Positions 13,441 through 27,940 of a DNA stretch of 64,000 nt are shown here, in pieces (the stretch's first letter is position 1; each line of letters begins with the position of its first letter). Origin of the DNA: Octopus vulgaris. Lineage: Eukaryota. Where the stretch lies: assembly GCA_951406725.2 (NCBI GenBank), contig OX597818.1, positions 11,904,001-11,968,000 of the forward strand, in the 5' to 3' direction. The notes below the pieces were generated by a model. The model had not been told where the DNA came from. It searched no databases and was given only the letters and a program-made list of their open reading frames with translations. A program made the position numbers and the translations under genes.

Positions 13441-13849
13441 TTACACAACAAAAATTTCAATCAATAAATAAAACAAACTTTACATTATGTAAACTGTACA
13501 GACAACCTATCAATAGAACAGTTGTGTTCTGTCCTATTTATCAGTACTTCAACTAATGTTATTTCCTTTCCTTATCACTCACACCCAAGTAAATCAAATG
13601 CATAAAAGTCATATCTTATAGAAAATGAATTATTTATTCATAAGCTCCTGTTTTGAATAAGATAAAAAAAACAATAGAAACCACCAATTTGATAAACAGA
13701 ATTGATATTTTTGTTCTCTTTCATTACACACACACATATAAACATATATATATACATAATAATATAAATTATATATATATATATATATATATACATACGT
13801 ATATGTACATATTTACATTTTATATATATATATATATATATATTTGCAT

Positions 13850-14680
13850 ATGTGGGCACAAGACGTCACGAAATGTGTACAACAAAAATGTACAAAGTAC
13901 GAGTGCATGGAACATGAACTATTCTTTCAAACAACTATAGACACAAATGGAAAACAAAACAAACAACATAAAGAACGATCCTTCATAAGTTGTTAGCCGT
14001 TTTTCTAGTCTTGTATTTCAAGCATTTAACAACAATATATGCTTTCAAGAAAACAGTTGCTCCCGCAAAGCAAATTAAATAAAATTTGGGATTTTGTGGA
14101 GAGTCAAAATTGGTAAGGATAGTGAAAACAAACAGGAAGGGCTGTTAAGCCTAAATGAGGTTTGGTGGCGAATGTATAAATCAAGCTAGGACAGGAGACA
14201 AACAAGAACAAGTCTTCCTTGTTCCAGCTACAATGGAGAGAAAGAAAGATAGCCAATGGTCACATGAGGGCCATGTGAGCAAGGGAGGAGTGAGGGAGAG
14301 AGAGTGATAGAGTAATGGGATAGAATAGTGAGAGAAGAGGTGGTAAAAGAATAAGAGAGAGAAAAACGAAAGAGTAAAAAGATGGTTTAGAATGCGCATT
14401 AGATTTATTAAGATAAAAGTTACTTAGAAGAGGATGTGTTTCATTGAATCATATAATATAAATAATATATATATATGCATATTATACATACACATATGTA
14501 CATACTTACATCTATACATGTGGGCAAAGGATGCCATGAAACATGCACAACAAAAAAGTACAAAGCACGAATGCATAGAACATGAACTATTCTTTTGAAC
14601 AATGAAAGACACAAATGGAAAACAAAGCAAACAACATAAAGAACAACCCTTCATTAGTTGTTGGGTGTTTTTCTAGTCTT
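13850..14680. repeat. Two direct copies (13850-14160, 14515-14680) of an interspersed repeat; inverted copy at 1260-1500
   Basis: Shared gtacaaag(t/c)acga..gaacatgaactattc..acacaaatggaaaacaaa..ccttcat. Confidence 0.75.
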
Positions 14681-14691
14681 ATATATATATA

Positions 14692-14730
14692 CTAGCAAAC
14701 GCCTCACCATCTATTAGACGGTTTGTATAG
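14692..14730 (-). mobile_element. Helitron 3' terminus
   Basis: Minus strand hairpin CCGTCT-AAT-AGATGG, then 11 nt, then CTAG|T inside (TA)n. Confidence 0.65.
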
Positions 14731-15403
14731 GTGAAGAGGGTTAACTTGGACGGTGTTAAGGTGTGGAGATGTTTGGTGATTGTATGGGGTTGTTACTTTT
14801 GGTTAGGGCATTAAAGATTCCTGAGACATTAAAACTGTTGACTGTTTCTTCTAAATAAGGAAAATTGATTGATAGTGAATCATAACACAGTGAACCTTTT
14901 CAAAATTGTCATGAAGTCAATAAAATGAAGGGAAGCTGTTCAGCCAAACAATATATACAACTTCCAGTGGAGTCGGGCATCATAATTAACCTTAAACTTT
15001 TTACAATCAAACACTTTCACACTAGGATAAGCACAATGTATTCTACCATAGTACATACCTCATGTTGATACCTATACGTCAGACTGAACTCTGTTTTATT
15101 TCCAGAGTGAAAGTCGCAAGTGATATTTAAGCAATAAACAGTTCTTTGGCTTTTGACAAGTGTTGCTTTACGTATTTTATTTCAGTTTTCACTGGCATAG
15201 TGGTAGGAACTATGGGATAAGTAACATGTCAGCATGGAAAATGGACATTTAGGGATGATGATGATGATGATTATAAGTAAAGCCTAAGTAACACTTATCC
15301 CTTGTAAAACTTGAAATGCATTGGAAAAAATTTAGGTAATAAAATAAAATGGCTGCTGAGATGAAAGAGCTGAACAGCTGGTTCATGTGATCATAAATAC
15401 AAA

Positions 15404-17308
15404 ACTTACATTACTGGCCACTGATGGTATGGTCAAGTAAATCATGTGGAATTGATATAGGGAAATGACAGCATTACTAATTGACACTACTATAGCTGTT
15501 GCTATTATCAACTATGTTTTGAGTTAAAATTCTGCCAAAGCCACTATCACTTGACAATCATTAATGTAGAATCACTGATTCAAAAGTACAAATTACTTCT
15601 TGTTTCAGTTGTATAATTAATCATTTTGTTAAATTCTTTTGTGTTGAAATACACTGCTTTTGTTTTGATGATAATAAAGAATTTATTAAAATAACTTTGT
15701 TGTTCAGCTGGTGTTTGGAATATAAATGAACATGGACTTTTGAAGGAAGTTTTTAATCTGAATCACTTTAAAACAGGGAATTTGTGTCATAGAACTCAGA
15801 GTGCTTTGGGCAGGTTGGCATCAAAGGGTTAACTGACAAGATTCTGTTTGTAAAAATATCTATCACACTTCTGATTTCTCCTCTTAACAGGCCTAGTTGC
15901 TCCTAACATCAGATTTCACATTTACTTACTGAACACACATTCGTTTAATTAGAGAGAGGGAGAGAGAGAGAGACCCTCTCAAATCATACCCTAAAATAAA
16001 AATAAAAAATGAAGTGGCACATATATTCAGAACAATTTAGTCCTATGCCGTAAAAGACAACAGAAAGATCATCATTTTTCTACCGTTAATCATAGGACTG
16101 CCTAATCAAGGTTGATCTGAAGCTAAACAACTTTAACTCAACTAGAGTACATTATTTTTCAAAAAGAATCCCTCAGTGCTCAATGATAGGAAGACATCCA
16201 GTTAAAAAAAAATCAACAACTTTAACCACATAAAGAAAACAAGAATGCTGCAGAGCTAGTATGGAAAAAGAAAACAGTAAAACAGTTTGTTCTACAAAAA
16301 TTGAAAACAGGAGTTGTACAATTGGATATCATTCTTTATACTATGATTATCGTATTTATACTATAACATAGTGTTTATACTATCATATAATATTTATATT
16401 ATAATATAATATATTATTGACACAGGCATGGCTATGTGGTAAGAAGCTTGCTTCCAAACCGCATGGTTCTGGGTTCAGTTCCATTGCGTGACACCTTGGG
16501 CAAGTGTCTTCTACTATAGCCTCGGGCCTTGCAAGTGGATTTGGTAGATATGGAAACTGAAAGAAGCCCATTGTATGTATGTATGTATATGTGTGCGTGT
16601 CTGTCTGTGTTTGCTCCCCCTACCCACTATCACTTGACAACCGATGTTGGTGTGTTTACATCCTTGTACCTTAGAGTTTCAGCAAAAGAGACAGATAGAA
16701 TAAGTACCATGCTTACAAAACAAATTGATTTCTTCGACTAAAAAAACCCTTAAAGGTGGTGTTGCACCATAGCTGCTATCAAATGACAGAAACAAGTAAA
16801 AGAATAAAAGAATACATAATATATTATAAATACTCTATTTCTCTCCAGAAGCTGTCAAAGAAGATACATTTCCAGTATGCAAATTTTTATAGTATATGAA
16901 CAAGATTTGTAAAATAAGGTAATAATTAAAGAAATTGGTAATGATTTGTAGGAGCCAAAAATATACCTTATAAAAATCGTCCTGCCATGAAGAGAGGCAA
17001 TTTGTTTTAGAGGATGTATAAGGAGATCATTTCTACAAACCCCAAGAAGAGTGGGTGAGGGTTCATAAGTTCCTAGTTAATGTAACTGAAGAATCCTCAT
17101 TCTCAGACATGAACATATATGGTTGGTAAGGACATGTGTAATAGACCACAAAGTACTTGCTGGCCCACACTTACATTACTGGCCACTGATGGTATGGTCA
17201 AGTAAATCATGTGGAATTGATATAGGGAAATGACAGCATTACTAATTGACACTACTATAGCTGTTGCTATTATCAACTATGTTTTGAGTTAAAATTCTAC
17301 CAAAGCCA
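15404..17308. repeat. 140-bp direct repeat (15404-15543 and 17169-17308)
   Basis: Identical except for one G/A difference seen by eye. Confidence 0.95.
16425..16810 (+). mobile_element. SINE, dominant family; further copies at ~3260-3415(-), 3752-3900(+), 23630-23780(+), 28300-28440(-), 33030-33300(-), 59670-59830(-), 60670-60780(+), 62418-62525(+)
   Basis: Shared A/B-box head and tail sequence. Confidence 0.8.
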
Positions 17309-20300
17309 ACTCTGTCTTTCATCCTTCCAACACTGATAAAATAAATATCCAACCAAATACAATTTGATTGGTATATTCAGCTGTACTCATACCCCAAATT
17401 TGAGGCCTGTACTAATATCAGAAACTATTGTCCTTCCAGGGTCAATAAAATAAAGTGCAAATCAAGTATAGGGGTTGATATAATCAATTATTGCCCCACT
17501 CCACAAAAAAAAATTCAGGCCTTGTGCCTATTTCAGAAATTATTATTGTTGCTGTTGCTTTCTTCCATTGGCACAAAGCTAAATAAACTGAGTGAGAAGG
17601 AGAAGAAGCACAATTAGTTGAACTGATCATAATACAATACTTGGGAAATCAAAGGCAAAGTCGAAACTAATGTAATTTGAACTTAGTAGAAGATCTAAAC
17701 ACTGAAAGATATGTACAAGGGTCAATTCAATCAACATATCTCCTGGCTTCTCCTTTATCATTTATTCCATTTAAAGCCATTTGAAATATATTGTTATTTC
17801 AGCTTGGGCTCTGTATTCATAATAAATATATGACACGATCATAGATTATGCCATGTCTATATAATTTCAGATAGAAGAAGCTGAGCACATACTGCTTTTA
17901 TACAAAGATGACCATTCTCTTTGAACACAATATGTTATCAGAGTAACTTAAATTTAACTTTATACTCTCACAGTTTTATTCTCTTTATACTCGCACTGTT
18001 TTACAGGTCCCAAATCTCTTCTTTATCATATTTCAAAAAAAACACTATTAATTATATTTTCAATTCTAATAATTTTTTACATTTTACATCTAATTATTTC
18101 TTTGCATAATAGTGCTCACTTGCTTAGTAAGTATTGCTTTCATTATTTTATCACAGTCATAATCTCTCTTTTTTAAATAAACATCACAGTAGTCTAACAA
18201 CAGAGGGAGAAGCAGTTTGTCAAGTTTTGAATTCCTCTCAAAGCAACATAGAGATTGCAATTCAGCAGCCCATCTGTAAGCTTTGCAGTCAGAGAGAGAG
18301 CATTGCAAACAATGAATGAAATAAATATGAATTGAAAAAAATCATATAAATAAAAGGGCATTACTACAGTTATCTATGCCACCAACTTTATTGCCTCATG
18401 ACATCCAGCAAAATGGATACTTTTTAGCAAACATTTTCTACAAATACTGCTTAAATGTTTTGGCTTCAAAGTATATAGGGATTTGTGAGAAAAAAGTTTT
18501 CCGAAGGGGTGGAGAGAGGAGTTTTGGAAAATTCACACAATTTAAATTTTTTCCCTCATAACTTTCAGGAAGATGGGTATCTTTCAATGAAAATTTATAC
18601 AAATCCCTTTCAAACAGCATAGATTATGATTATAAAGAAATTTGTGGGCAAAATTTTTTCAAGGATTTTCCTCATTTTTTTTTAAACCACAGTCGTCGAA
18701 ATGATGGGGTTGGATGGGGGGCATCTTTTTATGAAAAAAGTTTTGTAAACTCTTCTTTTTTTACACCTCCTCCCTCATCATCCCACTCTGGACCTATTTT
18801 GACCAATTTTTGTTTTTGCACTTCAAAACCATGGGAAGAGCACATTTGGTAAAAAAAAATTTTTCTTAATTGTTAATATTTTCAGAGGAAAAAGCAAGTG
18901 ATTTAAGGGCGATTTGGCTGTTGTTTCTAGCATATCCAAAGATAACCCTCCTCGTTTCTTTATCACTCTTGCATGTATTGATGTTTTTCAATATTTTTAC
19001 CCCTAAATACATTTATATGCTATAAAAAAGAAAATTTGAGAAATTATGAATTTTTTGCAACCCCCACTCCCTGCCCTCATTTGTTTCTGTTCAGAAATTA
19101 AAATAGTGGAGAGCCTAAGAAGGTCATTGCTGGCATTTATCCACAGTGATTTTTAAAAATTATGGAGATGTACTTGCATAGCAAGTGACTTGATCTGAGA
19201 TTGTGTGCTGAAACAAAAGCAACTGCAGTTTAGATGTTTGTAAGCCATTCAAGTACACACAGAAACCACTAGTGTCATGGCACTACTTAAATACAGAGGT
19301 CCTGATGCATCTATGTAACGATATGAAGGGGAGGGTTAGTTTTAGGGTTAGTTAGGGTTAAGGTGTCATTACACATCCACACAGCGTACATTTAAAATGT
19401 TTTGTACGTAACACCTGTATTAAAGTCGTACCAGTTTCACTTCAACATTAAAATTTCATTGGTGTCAAAATATTTTCTTCACTTTGAAACCACAAGCTGT
19501 TCAATGACAAAACCTTGCAAAAGTAATGCAGCACAAAGTTTTATCAGTGAACAGCAAACACGCACACACACATTCTTTACCTTTCATTTGTGTATACATG
19601 TATCTATGTATGCACGCAAGTGTGTCCCTGTTGAAGTCGCTCATTCTACATGTTTGTGTATATATTGGTTTAGTGGTACAGAGTGTTTGGAAACTGTGAA
19701 TAAGATGCAAGTTTGAAGTACTTGTCTGTAACTTTTTTTTCTTCTCATCTTCTAATAGTAATTACCCAACTTTCTAGGCTTTTCTCACAGCTATCCCACG
19801 TTCCAAAATTATATGGATATTTAAAAAATTTCCATTCAATAAATAATAAATTACATATACATTAATAGAATAATAAATAATAAATTACGTACACATTAAT
19901 AGAATAAACTGTCGGTTTTCCAAATACAATACAGTGAAAACCTCCAGAAGCGAGTATCTTGTATGAAGCTAATGAAACATTTAAAATTAAATACAAGAAA
20001 AGTTCTCTATCATTCATCAAGCTTTACACTATCTGCTATTCTGATACCACTCATACCAGCTTGGAAGATTTTCACAAGATGACTTTAACAATTTTGTCAG
20101 TGGTAATATGAATAAAATGGCTCCAATGTGTGGATAACAAAACAAAAAAAAAAACACAACTAGATTGTATAATGAAGAGGCCATTAACTGCAGGGAACCT
20201 TGAACTCAGTGAAGCAGCTAATGCCAGTGTCTTAGTAGCTGCTACGATACAAAAGATATTCTAACTGCCCACACTATCACAACTATTCTGCAAAACAAAC

Positions 20301-23300
20301 AATTATGATCAAAAGAATGTTTAAACCTTTTGTTACCAACCCACCAGAGACCACCCTTGGCTCATGGATACAAACATCCTGTTTTAACCCTGTAAGTATT
20401 CAGACTATTCTGACAAGTTTAATGTTTATTTACACAAATTATTTTCAACTAATCATTTATCATCTAACAGCTTTGAGATTTTGATGATGTTATTATCTAC
20501 ATTTTGAATGACATCGTAGGGCAGGTGTGAAAGGCTGAATCTGGTCATTTTGAACATAAAACAGTGAGAACATTGTGGCCGATATGGCCAGTTTAAATGC
20601 TAAAGGGCTCAAGTAGTCTAAATTAAAATCTTCCATCAAGATTTCATGCTAATTTAAGTTCCAAGCATCAGCTTGATAATGACAAAAGTATTTTACTAAA
20701 TTCTTATTTAAAAAATTAATTAAAATGAAGGGAGTATACTTCAGCAGAAATATGATAATGAAAAGGTTAAACTGAATGAATCAAGGATTGTGAGCAAATT
20801 TCTCAAAGGTAGGATCTCCTTCTGAGATTCTGTGAGACATACTACACCAGTGACCACTCTTAGTGTTTAGTTAGTCAAAAGAAACACTTTGAAAAATAGT
20901 TTTAGGGGACATTGTATTTGAAGTTGTTATGAGTTTGGTGGCATTGTCCTTTGTATGCTTTATACACAGAACCCTATTTAAATGGTTACATGATGTACTG
21001 CTGGAGCTAGAGGTTAGAAATGCAAATCTCAGAAGAGGACATCAGTAAAGTTGAAGTATGGTTTACCTCGCTTTTGTTTACACAAACATTTAAGATGGTG
21101 GTGATTGGAAATGTAGGTGTTTTGCAATGACTAAGCACAGTAAGGTGTAGACAAGAGAGAGCTTTAAACAGGAGGAAGTGGACAGCGGGGACAGATAGCC
21201 AGATAAAGTCAGTTAAGAAGATATATAGTGAAGAACATGACAAAACATGGTGAGATAGAGATAGCAACAAAGAAAGCAATAGAGATGAAAAGAGAGATAA
21301 TGACATAAAGAAATAAAGAGAGATGGAAAAAATAGTTTAGACATAAAGCTGAAGAGAGAAGTGGAAATGGAGAGAGAGAGAGAAACAAAGAAAGAAAATA
21401 GAAAACAAGCCAGAAAGATGGTATCAGACAGAGAAGCAGAGTGGGGAAGGGCAAATGAAAGCAACTGAGAATTAAGATAAATAGGAAATAACTAGAAAAA
21501 TGAAGAGAATCAATAAAGGAATACATGGAAAACTGAGACAGAGACAATATTCTTCGCATTGTTAACACATTATTACAAGTGTTGATGTCATGAGGGTATG
21601 TGAATGGTAGATCATTCTTAAAACAATAACTGAACAATGTTACAGATTGATCTATCATCCTATTTGAGTAGGGGGTAGTATTTAATCTGAGAAAGAAGGA
21701 ACAATGGCCATAAACTCAGCAAACTCTCCTTGGGGTTGATACACTTGTTGTTTAACCTTAGATCAAACATGTTTTAGTAGACCTATGATGAAAAGCATAG
21801 CAACCAAGGTCTGTCAGTGTTTTTTTTATATATCAGTGACTAATGACATAGTCCATTCCAATATTTTTTATCCTTAATGTATATCAGTTGTGATTTGAGA
21901 ATTAATTGGATACTATTTCTAACAAATCAACTGGTCATGCACAATCCCCAATTGTGCTTACCATTGCTGTTATTGTTGCTATTTAACCCCGGTTTAGATC
22001 TGAGACCTGCAACTGTGTCAACCTCTTGGAGACCCAGCAAAGTTTATGGATACCACTTCTTCGTCTATGTAGGTGTTCAGGCCTTGAGAGGGAGATGCAT
22101 CCATGATTAGTTTTCGTTTTTTACCCTTTGACATAGTCAACAGAGACCACATTATCAAATGTATCTTTCATTTTAGAAGACAGTAGATCAAGTCACTGCA
22201 AAGTGCAATACTTCCCAACCATTGCACTACAAAAGACCCCACTTTATTTACATCAATTTTCCCTGCAGATCAAAAGCATTTGAAAGGTTTGTTTACTCAG
22301 CATGCCAATTTTATTAAATAGCATCAAACTCATTTTCTCAACTTCAGCTTTGATTAAAAGATGTAAGTGAACATTCATATGTAATTGATTAACTGTACAT
22401 GTTACACCATTACCTTTTTAAAATTCTGAATACAACTCACAAATCTCGGTATAACTTTCATGAATCCTGAGGTCTACAGATTCCTGGTTGGGAATGAGTG
22501 GAAAAGAATATTCCATACCAGTTTGTTTTGTTGCTGGCAACAGTAGAAGTAATAGCTTTGTTAAGTATGATTCACCTGTTCTGCTCGAGTGATCCTACAA
22601 CACAGAACACGTTTTTTTTGCACCATATTTTTACAACACAATGGCTATGCATACATTATAGATAAGATGCCCTCTATGTCATTGTTCAATCAATCATTTT
22701 TTAGGTAGGCCATCTTGTAATGCATACATAGATGATACTAAGATATAAAACTGCAATCTTGTAGGTAGTAGGCAGGTGACAGAGGATTTTTTAAATATTT
22801 CACTACAACATTGAGCAGTTTAAACAATGTAGAGGCTGTTTTGATGGTAAATGGCTGCTGCCATTGTTGTTGTTGCTAGTTAACCCTGATGAAGCAGACA
22901 TGATCAGATCATTCCAGCAATGATCATGCCACATTTTTCTTTCAGACATGGTGCGTCTAAGACCATATTATCCAATATAGCCATTTCTTCTTTTTTTTTT
23001 TAAATAAAAATGGTAATTTGTAATTCCAAAGAGATTTGATTGTTATTTCTGCAAGTCACTATACAGAGGTTCCCTTGTTGTCTTGCAGTTGTTGTTTATC
23101 TCAGAGTAGCTTTGATCAAGTAAACCTATGTTCAAAGGTACCATCACATAATCTGATATATTTAAAACTAATGGTTCGATGTATCCTGCTTTTTTAAAGA
23201 AAACAGGGTGTTATTTGATAGAAATTTACCTGCTAGTATCAGCAAGTCAAATAACAAAGCTTACATTCCCTCATTGCATTTATTGCTTTTATTAATGGTG

Positions 23301-23796
23301 GTGGTATCATCAAACTAAGATGCCTTTTTACATAATTATATATATTCAAGATTTTTCGCTCCGAGTTTACTCATTCGCCAACCCTTTAAACATAAAAGAG
23401 TTACTCACAGCTTCTTTTGCAAACAACTTTAAAAAGACCTATGACCTCAGAAGTAGCTGGTAAATCAAGCATTAAATGACAACATATAATTCACATAAAC
23501 AGAGCTAAAAAACTTTGGTTTTAGATTAGCTTTTTAGCTATAACCATATTGTGTTGACCTGGTTGTCATATTTAGAGCCAGGTAATGCACGCAAGATCTT
23601 CTGAACCTAGTAATCAATAATGTAGAGAGCAGCTGTGTTGCTGAAAAGTTTGTTTCCCAACAATATGGTGTTGGTTTCAATTCTACCATAAGAGACCTTA
23701 GGGAAGAGTCTCTTACCATAGCCCTAGGTTGACAATCATGTGAGTGGAATTAGGTAGAGAGAAACTGTACAGATGCATACTGTACATATATTTATG

Positions 23797-23972
23797 CAGT
23801 AATCCCTCACCATATTGCAGTTTATTATTTAAGCTTACATTGATTCCTCCTTAATGCTATTTTGCATTATAATAAAATAAATACATACAGTACAGAACTG
23901 TTTCTACTTTGCAGATTTTCACCTATTAAGGGCGTTTGGAATGTAACACCCACAATAGTCGAGGGATTACTG
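23797..23972. mobile_element. Tigger/pogo-like MITE
   Basis: TIRs cagtaatccctc / gagggattactg followed by TA. Confidence 0.75.
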
Positions 23973-24140
23973 TATACATACATATATATCTTTCACTGAT
24001 ATATATATATATGTGTGTGTGTGTGAGAGGTATATTTGCCATCTCAATATGGCTAACCACTAAAGGTGGGTGTTACTGTAGCTTGTAGCCCCAGAAGAAC
24101 ATCTCCTCCAGCTGGCTTTAAGCACACAAAGGCTATAAAC

Positions 24141-24492
24141 CAGGGGTTCTCAGCCATTTTTTAATCTATGGACCCCTTTGGTTACTATTTTATTCTGGAG
24201 GACCCTCAAAGCCATCCAATGTTTAAAAACTAGTTTTATAGATACTGCTTTCAAAATTCCTATTTTGTTTTTCGCACATTAACTTGAGTAGGTTAATGTG
24301 TGAAAATGCAAGAGAAAGAAACCTAGCTGACTTTTACAATACATACCAATAAATACATCTAAAGTAAAAAAAAAGATTTCAGGGACCCTTAAAATACTAT
24401 TGTGGATCCCCAATTTACTATTTTGTTGTGTGGGCCCCCAAAATCTTAAACGGACCCTCGGGGGCCATATGGACAACAGTTGAGAACCATTG
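24141..24492. mobile_element. hAT-type MITE; partial copies at ~37860-37971 and ~40758-40830
   Basis: TIRs caggggttctca / tgagaaccattg; 8-bp TSD ctataaac / caataaac. Confidence 0.85.
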
Positions 24493-26019
24493 CAATAAAC
24501 AATTGCATGGAAACTGAAAAGCTGGTGCTTCACAAAGTCCCTTCAGATATGCTTTGCATCCCATTACAGACACACCACCAGAAACACTGGTTAGTGTTAA
24601 CGCCATTGGAAACCTATAATGACACTGTTCACTAAATTAAATAAATAAAAACAAAGGAGTTATATACATCAATACAATATATGCAACAGAGCTGGTATAC
24701 AACAGTCTTGTGAAACAACACAGCATGTGTACAATGTTTCTGGTGCATAACAAGATCTAGTACAAAGAGTGAAACAACAGATTATTTCAAGATAAGCTAC
24801 AAACTAATCCTACAGAAGGTACAATCAGATATCTATTTCCTTGTGCCAACAAGCAACTGATATACAATGAAGTATTTAAGTGGTTCTCGTTAATGATAAA
24901 ATAGTCCTGGACGTGGACTATCTAGGGACCACACAGTTTTCTCCTGAATAATTTTTGCAATTTCAGAAGGAATTTATATAAACTGAATAGAGCAAACTAG
25001 CTATTTTACGCAACTTTAAAAGGACAGTGCCACATCAACGGGATAAAATTAGAGATATGACATAATATAACATAAGAGATAAGGTGATAGGTTAGCTGGG
25101 AATATAGCAATGTGTTACTGATAAAACAGCAGCTGGGAACAGAAATCATAAATTCCCATATGACAAAAATATTTTTCAAAAATTAAAATAAACCAGCGAA
25201 TAAAAAATAAACAGTAATAACATAAAATAACTATTGTTTAAAAATAAAAATTTTTCAAAAGAAATATTAAAAAATTTTTCAAAACAGGCCAGTTCATTTC
25301 CAATAGTCCTTTCTATTAGAGAAGTACAACACCTGGAATTTTAGGGCAGAGGGTTAATCAATTATACTGACCCTAGTACTCAACTAGTACTTATTTTATT
25401 GACCCCCAAAGGGATGAAAGGCAGAGTCAACTTCGGAGGTATTTGAACTCCGAACATAAAGCTTGAAAAATGTCACTGAGCGTTTTGTTCAGCATGCGAA
25501 CAATTCTGCAAGATCATTGCCTTTTTTTTTAGTAATATGATTAATCAAAACAGATTTTTTTTATTTCTCTGATGAAATAGAAAGACGGGGTGATCTTCAA
25601 ATACTTGATAAGTTCAAATCAATTCACTAAATAAATATATATCGGGTTTCATTTTTTGATATCAAATTTTTATCAACTTAAAAGTCTGAGAAGGAAAAGA
25701 TTTAACCACAGCTTTTGCATATACACCTACACTTACAATAGTTTCTCAATCTACCCAAGACTACTGATATTAAGTGAGTCAGCTGAAATCTCAAGATATA
25801 GATGATAATATGAGATTTCAGCAAGTAAATACTTTGTGTTCTATCAATAGTTTAACATACTTTTAAATTAAACAAGCCAACAAGGGAGCCACTATATGGT
25901 CAATCCATCTAAAAGAAATAGCAGTCAAGTCTTTTTCAAATAACACCCTACCATCTTAAATAGGAAGGACACACAGAACAATGTAGCCATAAATGTATAA
26001 AAATGCCTTTGGTGATATG

Positions 26020-26880
26020 TATGGGGTGTGTTCAAAATGTATCTGACTTTATTTTTTTCCCCACCAAAACTAATGCTGCATGGGCAAAATCTTTTGGGTG
26101 GGAGAGGATGCCATTCTGCCTATGTGTGTGTAAAGATTTTCACACATGTAGACTGCATCAGTTCCCAGCTGTTATGCCTAGAGTACAGATGTGTAGTGCA
26201 CACTTGTCAGCTTTTCATTTTCATGCAAGATGACCTAACGCATAGAGCAGAGACTATAAACCCATGCCTTATCACCAGTGATGATAGTCTTCATGAAGTC
26301 TGGTTTGTGGTTTGCACAGTCCAGCATGTCCTGAGCGATTTCTATGCAGAGTTGCTTCTGCTGCTCTCCCAGCATCTTGCGGATAAATTTCGACACACTC
26401 TGCAAGCACAAATCCTCAATTATGCTGTGCTTACTCCCACTTTGTGAGCAATTTCCTGTATTGTCACACAACAATTGTTACATGACTATTCACCAAAGCT
26501 CAATCAGCTCCTTGTTTTGGCTTCTGCCTGAGCATGCCTCGCTCTCTATTAAGATGCAGCCATGTTTGAAGCAGTTGTACCATTCCTTGAGCTGTGTTTT
26601 GACCATGGCATCATCGCCAAATGCCTGCTGTATCTTCTGGATGGTTTGAGCTTGAGTAACACCAAGTTTTTAGCAAAACTTGTTGCAATATCTCTGCACA
26701 ATGCATTACAGGTCTTTACTCTAGACATAACAGCTAGGAACTAACATAACCTACTGGCACAAAAATTTTCACACATACACAGAAAGGGTGGTGTCACATC
26801 CCAGCCAAAGGATTTTGTCTATGCAACATTAGTTTTGGTGGGAAAAAATAAAGTCAGATACTTTTTTAACACACCTTGTA
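26020..26880 (-). mobile_element. Internally deleted mariner with both TIRs and TA target-site duplication
   Basis: About 80-bp imperfect TIRs (tatctgactttattt..ccaccaaaactaatg / cattagttttggtggg..aaagtcagata); FMKTIITGDKAWVY transposase motif. Confidence 0.9.
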
Positions 26881-27589
26881 TACTTATCCAGGGTTAACCT
26901 GAAGCCAAATAATAGCAATAACTATTAAAATTAAAAGTAGGTTCCATATGTTTAAGGGAAAAAAACAAATTCTCAAACTTTTGAGTATATCAAAAAAATA
27001 TTAATTGAAATAGAAAAGCAGTCTGTTCTTGTTTAAAAGTAAAATCTTGAAAAAAATAGGAATAACTAAGTGACATTAATGCTGTAATATTCAGTTGGGA
27101 AGTTAAAGGTAAAGAGAGAAAAGAAACAAAATCTTAGTATGTCTAGGTAATCTAACACAGATGAGTGATGAGTGGGGTCATGAGGAATCAAGTACAAAAT
27201 CGAAGTGTATTTAAGAGGGATTACACAAGTGTAAAGTGTAGGTATTATTGCACACTCAAGCTGACAAAAAAAAAGTGAGAGGGTGGTTTGTTTCTATGTA
27301 GAATTGCAAGCAAAATGGCAAAGAAATCAACATTGGCAGCAAGAAAACAAGGTATGAATAAATGAAAAAGCAAGAAAAAAAAAGCAAACATTTTCCTAAC
27401 AGTCTACTGATAGACTGTCAAGATATTGCAAAAGGATGTATGCATATATGCATCATATGTAAACAGGATATGAGATAACTAGACTCATATGATCTGAAGA
27501 AGGAAAGTATGAAAGCTCAAAGATCAGATGGACAACTGTAGGCTCAAAGTAGCACACACAAGGAAAACAAATAACAAGATAAAGATATG

Positions 27590-27940
27590 CACAGCATTCA
27601 TTGAAAAGAAGAAGACCTTTGACAGAGTAATCTCATGGTTGTTAAGAAAACAAGGTGAGTGCTGTTCAAGTCATGCACTGAGATGTCAGTTATGTGAGAG
27701 TTAACAATGAGCTAATTGAAGAAATTGACATGCAGGTAGATGTCCATCAGGGATCAGTCTTCAGCCACCAGTTATTTATAAAAGTTCTCCAGGCCATAAC
27801 AGAAGAATTTAAGCTTAGTTATCTCTGTTGGCTGATATAGCTGTGTCTATAAAGGAACTAGGGAATAGATTATAAATAAGGAAGCAAAGCTTAGAAACAA
27901 AAGACTTCAGAGTAAAACTAGCAAAGACAAAAATTCTGAT
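27590..27940 (+). mobile_element. Old fragment of the same RTE family
   Basis: Degenerate match to 51370-51670 (..ctttgacagagta.., gtccatcagggatcagtcttcagcc). Confidence 0.6.

Noticed and set aside
21007-21658. Hydrophobic 'membrane protein' ORFs
   Set aside because: Reverse strand of a low-complexity purine-rich tract.
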